DNA of 64,000 bases from Eledone cirrhosa (lineage: Eukaryota): assembly GCA_964016885.1 (NCBI GenBank), contig OZ024742.1:305908001-305972000 (forward strand), written 5' to 3'. Position numbers and translations under genes: made by a program. Positions 57,200-64,000 of the stretch are shown piece by piece (within the stretch, counting starts at the first letter, position 1; each line of letters opens with the position of its first letter). The notes beneath the pieces were generated by a model. That model ran no database searches. It worked only from the letters and a program-made list of their open reading frames with translations, and was not told where the DNA came from.

Positions 57200-59810
57200 A
57201 CAGTTGCATTTATCTTGCTTTATATTCATACGAGTTATCACCAAGTCACAACCAGTGACCTCAAGAGACAACAAGATCCGCCATGTTCAAGAAAGAACAT
57301 ACATACTCACACATGCATCTTTAGTGTTTAGACTTGTGATGTACTTATATTGACAGAATCTTCCTTAGTATATGGGCAGTTCCCATTAGTACTATCTTTT
57401 GTATGTCTTCTATACGCGGGTTTCCTGAGATTTGCGATAAGTAATCATTAGACCCCTTAGGTATCATTCCCAGAGAGCCTACAACCACTGGTATTGTTTT
57501 AGTTCTCAATTTCCACATTTTTCCAATTTCTATCTCCAGGTCCTTATACTTGCTCAATTTTTCAAATGTTTTTATAGATACATTCTTGTCTATTGGAACA
57601 GACATATCAATTAGCAGACATACCCGCTTTTTAAAGTCCTTCAATATTATATCAGGTCTATTTGCATCTATTTTTCGGTCTGTTTGGATGCTAAAGTTCC
57701 ACAAGATTGAGATCTGATCTTTTTCAAGTATGGGAGGTGGTTGATGCTCCCACCAATTCTTTTGATGGGGCAGGTCAAAATGCTTACACATTATCCAATG
57801 TATGTATTGTGCAGCTCTGTCATGCCTGTTTAGGTATTCGGTTGGAGCTATAGGACTGCACATTGAAATTATATGGTCAATGGTCTCTGGTTGTTTTTTG
57901 CATACACGGCATAATGGGCTGCATCCATTTTTTATTATGTTGGCTTGGTAATTTTTTGTTGGCAGACACTGATCTTGTGCTGATATAATCAGTCCTTCAG
58001 TCTCCGATTTCAGTCCAGAGGATGCCAACCACTGATGGGTTAAAGTTTTGTCAACATCAGGATTGTTAGCTCGCTCTGGGTATTTTCCATACAGAGGCTT
58101 TTCTTGCCATTTCTTAGCCAGTTTCTGTACAGTTCTTTCTTTGCAGTTACTTTTACCTGCTTTGCTTTTTCTGTGTTTTCCATTTCAGCAGTAAATGGGA
58201 CTTCTGAAATTTGTAGCCATTACTGTATCTTTGTGCATCTTTTGTAATGGAATTTGATCTTTTGATGCTTTCGTGTTTCAAAACGAGTTTGATCATCCAA
58301 TCATGTGATTCCCTTAGATATGTAGATAATCCAAATGTTCCAGTTTTCAACGCAATGTCTAACTGGATTAACCCACGTCCTGCTTCTTTCCTAGGGAGAT
58401 ATATTCTATCTATATCTGCCTTAGGGTGATGCATTCTGTGCATGGTTAAGAATTTTCGAATTTTTGTATCGAGCCTACGGATCTCTGTGCTTGACCAGTT
58501 GATGACATTGTAACTGTAGGTTACTACTGGTATGGCAAGCGTGTTTATGGCATCGATCCTATTCCTTGCATTCAATTCCGTTCTTAAGATTGCTCTTACT
58601 CTGCGGTAACATTCCTTCCTTATCCTTTCCCTCATTGTCGAGTGCTTGATTCCGTCTCCTTCACAAACACCTAGATATTTGTAAGTTTTTTCTTGATCAA
58701 GTTCTCTTATCACGTTCCCCCGATCAAGATTAATGTCTGAACTCTTCAGCAGCTTTCCTCTGGTGAACGTTGCTTTGGCGCATTTATCTAGTCCAAACTC
58801 CATTTTAATGTCATCACTGAACTGCTCCACAGTGGATTATAGCCCTTGCAATTGTTCATCATTTCTTGCAAATAGTTTCAGGTCATCCATGTAAAACAGG
58901 TGATTAATGGTTTTGTCATAGACTTTATATCCATGTTTTGTTTCATTGAGCATTTTACTTAATGGTATAAGTGCGATGCAGAATAAAAGCGGTGATAAAG
59001 AGTTATCCTGAAAAATTCCACAATTAATATTAACTTCTCCAGCTTCCAGTGATTTTGTTTCACTATTCAAAAGGAGTGTCGTTTTCCATGTCTTCATACT
59101 GATTGACAAAAACCTCCTGACAACGGAGGATATTTTGAAAATCTCTAAACATTTTTCAATCCAACTGTGTGGCAAACTATCGAATGCTTTTTTATAATCT
59201 ATCCAAGCAATTGATAGGTTTTTGTCTATTTTGACAATCTTCCAGTATCATTTTGTTAACCAAAAGCTGATCCTTACAGCCATATGAGCCTCGTTTACAC
59301 CCTTTCTGCTCAATGGGAAATAGGTCATTTGTTATCAGGTGGTCATATGTGTATTCAGTTAGGACTGATGTTAAAATTTTATACATTGTGGTCAAGCAAG
59401 TTATCGGTCTGTAATTTTTGGGATTGTTTGTCTCATCATTCTTCGGAAGTAGGAATGTAATGCCGTTAACTAGCCATGATGGTATCTTTTCTGGCTCCTT
59501 AACTATTTCATTGTAAAGTTGGGCTAACAGCTCATGAGACTCTGTGAAGGCATTTATCCAAAAGTTTTGTATTTTGTCTTTTCCTGGGGATTTCCATTGG
59601 TTGGTTTTTCTTAGAGCCAAGCGCAACTGTTCAACTGTTATATTTTCCCATGTTTGTTCCTCAAGGTGAGCTGTATCTTTCATTTGTCTGTCTATCCATG
59701 GGGCATAATTTCCCAGAATTCTTGCACTTCCTCCTTGGGTGGTATTGATTTAGCAGTTATTGTTGACTTACCAATTTTTCTGTAGAAGTTTCTTTGGTTG
59801 TTTTTGAACA
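57200..59810 (-). mobile_element. R4/Dong-type RLE LINE, family B, 5'-truncated
   Basis: NYRPITCL, GIFQDNSLSPLLF, HLFYMDDLKLF, CRVC..ETIDHIISMC, RHD, RPDII, K..KY; few frameshifts; (TAA)n flanks. Confidence 0.93.
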
Positions 59811-60180
59811 TATTATTATTATTATTATTATTATTATTGGCGACCTACGTAGTAAATCGTATCATCGTGAGCTCCGCAAAGGTTTGTTATTTCCGTTTGT
59901 TAAAAATTGCCATTTATGGAAAATTTTATTGTTAACTGTTTATAAGCACACATACATTGTTTTCCGAAAAGGACACCCAAAAAGATTGGGGCCTTGTGCC
60001 CAAAATTTAAACTTTTATTATTATCAAAAAAATTTCTTTGAAAAAAATGGCTAATTCACCTCTGCACGAAGCAGCTGAAAGCCTTCCTCACAAATTAACA
60101 CCTCACACCGACACCACCATTGTAAATGTTACTACGTTTGCCAACACAAAAAAAATATAAGCACTAGCAATATCTTAAAT

Positions 60181-62053
60181 TTGTCTCATGCAGACATTCA
60201 TTTCCCGCCATTACCAATGACTGCAGGTGTTAAAGCCTCCACCACCACCACCACCGCGACAACCACCACCACCACCGCGACAACCACCACCACCACCGCG
60301 ACAACAGAAACAAAAGAAGAAAAAAATAAATTAACTCGTGATGTCGAAATGAAATCAAGCAAAATGGACTCTTCCCCACCAAACACGACTGACGTCACCA
60401 CCACCACAACTGAAACTAAAATTAATATTAACACAAATAACGATAGCAACAACAACAACAATGACATTATAAAAACGCCCCTCAGTTTTGCAATAGTAGC
60501 AAAACAGTTCGAAGCATATACGGTAACTCAGGAAGATTTAGAAAATGCCAAACAAATGGTAAAGAAAGATGGGTACAGGGTCAGCCCCCCCCCCCACCTA
60601 ATAAAATGGAGCATCGGCGCCTATGCACCGTGTCGTATAGAACAATAAATGTAAATTCGCGGCGAGTGGACGGGCATCCGAGTCCCAAATCCAAAAAGCT
60701 TTGGGACATGTGTGGGCAAGAAAAACCCACATCAGACGTGGGCAAAAGTATGGAACCGTGGACGTGTTCTTTGAAACACCAGAGGAGGCTAGAGAACACT
60801 CCATGGCCCCATTAAAAAGTGACGACTTCACACTCGTCCCAAGCTATTGTGGCCAGAGACTCGTAAAGATCAGGGTGACCCACGTTCCACCGGCCATCGA
60901 AATTCCCTGGCTAATAGCGGCCGTCCTCGCCGGCATCGAAGCCAACACGAAAATAATAGCAATAGCAAAAGAAAAGCAGGAAAACTGGTCCGGATCTGGG
61001 ATGGAGCTCCTGATCCAAGCGGACCAAAAAAGCATTGAGGAGATCCCAGAGGTAATAGACCTCACTGACGGCAGCCACCTCACGGTAATTGTCGAGGGCA
61101 GAAGACCTAGGTGTGTCGTTTGTGGTGAAGGAACCCACCTAAGGGCTTTCTGCCCTCAGGCTAAAAGGTTGAGGCCACCTCTCCTACCCACCCCAGTGAC
61201 ACAACCATCAACACCACCAGTAGCAGAGATGGCAGCAACAACTGTAGCAGCAACAACAGAAGCAACTATAACAGCAACAACCCCAGCAACAGTAGCAAAA
61301 CCAACACCACCACAACCACCAGCAAAACCAACACCACCACCACCCAACGCTTCAGAACTAGCACCAGCGCCTACACCATCCACCACGCCACAACCAAAAC
61401 TAACGGCTGTGGAGGATTTTCCACTTCCCGGCCTATCACAACTGGAGACAGATTGTGACGACGAGGAGTGGGAAACGATATCCGGAAAAAAAAAAAGAAA
61501 CCAAAAAAGAAAAAATTCTCTTCCTTCCCCCTCCAAAAACAAAATACAGAGGGAAACAAATAAATTAACAAACAAAAAAGTTAGGACAGATATGCCACCA
61601 TCCACACCAGCATCACCAACCCCATCAACCCAAACACCAACACCATCACCATCATTAACCCCAACACCACCATCACCTACACCACAAAAGTCACCAAAAT
61701 GCGAAACAGAAACAAACCCACAACAAACGCAAACAAAACAAAACAACCAAAACGATACACACTACACAGCATTAAATTTGAACAACAAGCAATTATTACA
61801 CTACATCCAACACAACACCAGCATCACAGAAAAAGACTACACAACAACCCCAAAATTCACACCACCTCAACACATACAAATCACTCGCATCACACAGAAA
61901 ACGTACATGACACTAAAACAAAAAATCCCCAAAGACATCGGAGACTTCCGACAAGCACTCTCCAGGAGGATTTATAAGGACATCCTTCCTGAGGAGGCCA
62001 CAAGCAGTGAAAAGGATGGAAAAACCGTCCTTCCTCTACGAGAAGTAAGGTAA
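60181..62053 (+). pseudogene. Tx1 ORF1, frameshifted near the poly-C at 60585-60595
   Basis: CX2CX4HX4C knuckle, Pro/Thr-rich region, similarity to copy-1 ORF1. Confidence 0.82.
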
Positions 62054-62087
62054 GTGGTCTTTCCCATCTTTTCCACTCCTTTTCAAC

Positions 62088-64000
62088 ATGACCTCACTCA
62101 GAATAGGCAGCATAAATGCGCGTGGCTTGGGGTCGTCATGGAAGCAGGGCCACCTGCTCAATGACCTCAGGTCACTAAACATAGATGTAGTGGCCATCAG
62201 CGAGACCAGAATCTCCGAAGCACAGGCTTTCGCACCGATCTTCGGCGGCTACGATGTGTACGCATCTCCCAGCCGTCCGGGATCGGGGGGAGGAGTTGCT
62301 GTGCTTTTTCGGAGAGGTTTGGATCTTGCCATACGGGCCATCTTCCTGGACCCAGAAGGTAAGTTTGTGGTGCTGGACATGACCAGCGGAGACGGGCAAG
62401 CTTTCAGGTTAGTGGCCGTCTATGCCCCGACAGGAGCAGGCGGCCTGATTTCTTCCGGCGTCTGGAGACCTTTCTTGGAACGTCCCGCTCTTTAGTGTTA
62501 GTGGGCGACTGGAACGGGATCTTAGATGCACGCTGGGATTGTGTGGGATTAGTGGATAGGGAAGGAGGGTGCAAGAGTCTCACCAACCTGCTCAGACGTT
62601 TTGAACTGTCTGACAGGTACCGAATGGATTTCCCGAATGTACCAATGTGGACTTGGACAAATCGCATAGGGTCATCCAGATCATATCTAGATAGAGTATT
62701 TTGTAGGGAAATAGATAGGTCTAGCATAGGCTGTCCACAATTCAAGATAGTCAGCTACACGGACCACAAATTCGTGATCTGTGTGCTTGACTTAGATAGG
62801 CTTCATAGACGAGGACCCGGCTACTGGAAGCTATAACGCGTCCTTACCAGCGCGCAAGGCCTACAGAGACCGGATTAGCGAACAAGTTAAGCGGGCGTTG
62901 ACGGGGGCCATCGTCAACAACAAGTGGTGGTTTGCTCTGAAAAGAGCAATTAGAATAGAGTCCATTAGGTTTAGTAAGACTTTAGCAATAGAGAAAAATA
63001 GAGCAGAGGGAGAATTAGTTAGAAAATTAGATGAGGCGCTTAGCAAAGGCATCGCGACCGACGTACTTGCGGCGAAATTGACCCTTGACCAATTCTTCAA
63101 TGCAAAGCACGAAGGCTGCGTTGTCAGAGCTAGGGTGCGTGCTCTCAGACACGAGGGGACGAAAGCCGTTCAAAGGGCCCGAGTGGCGGAGGTGCGTCGT
63201 GGCAACAAAGCCACGATCCGGTCTTTGGTGGACCACGACGGGCGCATGCTACTCGATTCCGGGCAAATGTGTGAAGCTTTTCAGCGACACTTCGCTCAAC
63301 TGTTCGGGGGCAGTGGCGGGCCGGATCGAGGGATGGACTTTAATGTCTACCTCGACGGACTGCCGCGGCTTTCGGCCACTGAGGCGGAGTGTTGCGAAAA
63401 GCCGATAACAACCGCTGAAGTACGGGATGCAATGACTAGTTGCACAAGGGCTAAATCGCCTGGTTTGGATGGTCTGCCCTATGAATTTACGTACAAATGC
63501 CAAACTTGTTCGGAGGCCTCTTGGCGGACGTCTACTGCAACTGGCAACAGAACGGGAGAATTCCCAGCTCTGTGAGCCGAGGAGCGGTGGCGCTGCTGAG
63601 AAAGGATCCGAACAAGGGGGATAACATAGATAATTTTAGGCCCATAACTCTGCTAAACACAGAGTTCAAGATTTTGCCCAAGGTGCTAGCAAAGAGGTTG
63701 GCGCTTGTCGTTGGTGGTCTGGTGGGAGAGGCACAGACATGCGCCATTCCCGACAGATCCATCCACGACAACCTCCACCTCATGCGATACATCGTAGAGA
63801 GGGTAGCTAGGGAACCTGGCACGGGTGGGTCTTTGATCAATTTAGATCAGTCGAAAGCCTTCGATAGGGTCGACCATCGTTACCTAGCGGCAGTCCTGAG
63901 GGCGGCTGGCTTTGGGCCCGTCTTCAGAGGCTGGATCGCTGCCATGCACAGCGACATCTGCTCTGTAGTGAGAGTCAACGGTCACCTTTCGAAACCGTTC
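62088..64000 (+). pseudogene. Tx1 ORF2 (APE + start of RT), frameshifted
   Basis: ORF pieces 62088-62495, 62495-62836, 62898-63575 and RT motifs to the window end. Confidence 0.9.

Larger units (their letters stand above)
59839..64000 (+). mobile_element. L1-Tx1 LINE (copy 2, different family), runs off the window
   Basis: ORF1 with CVVCGEGTHLRAFC knuckle; ORF2 MTSLRIGSINARG, GDWN, YLDR, TDH, NFRPITLLN, DQSKAFDRV. Confidence 0.93.

Overview
AT-rich eukaryotic (animal) DNA, most likely an octopod cephalopod, inferred from the SINE families and the very dense (TA)n/(CA)n microsatellites. I find no intact host gene; most listed ORFs are microsatellite artefacts. The window is a stack of retroelements: two near-full L1-Tx1 LINEs (19.3-24.8 kb, 59.8 kb-end) plus a fragment, three R4/Dong-type RLE LINE pieces nested in (TAA)n (54.1-59.8 kb), Penelope-like elements (PLE; RT+GIY-YIG, Naiad-like) at 31.3, 34.8 and 38.1-40.6 kb, RTE/CR1 remnants, about a dozen tRNA-derived SINEs, and two possible decayed Methuselah/adhesion-type GPCR fragments. 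The main hidden signal is non-coding. Between 26.8 and 52.3 kb I can fold by eye about 17 type-I hammerhead ribozyme motifs from about 11 sequence families. They sit in PLE pseudo-LTRs or in short (about 240-590 bp) ORF-less units with partial tandem duplications next to (TA)n tracts, like retrozymes. They include a 591-bp array folded into a ~1-kb-arm palindrome, two families with a compensatory U3-A8 core, and a recurrent U-U pair at the base of stem II. All folds and family calls are by eye and unverified computationally; coordinates are approximate to a few bp.
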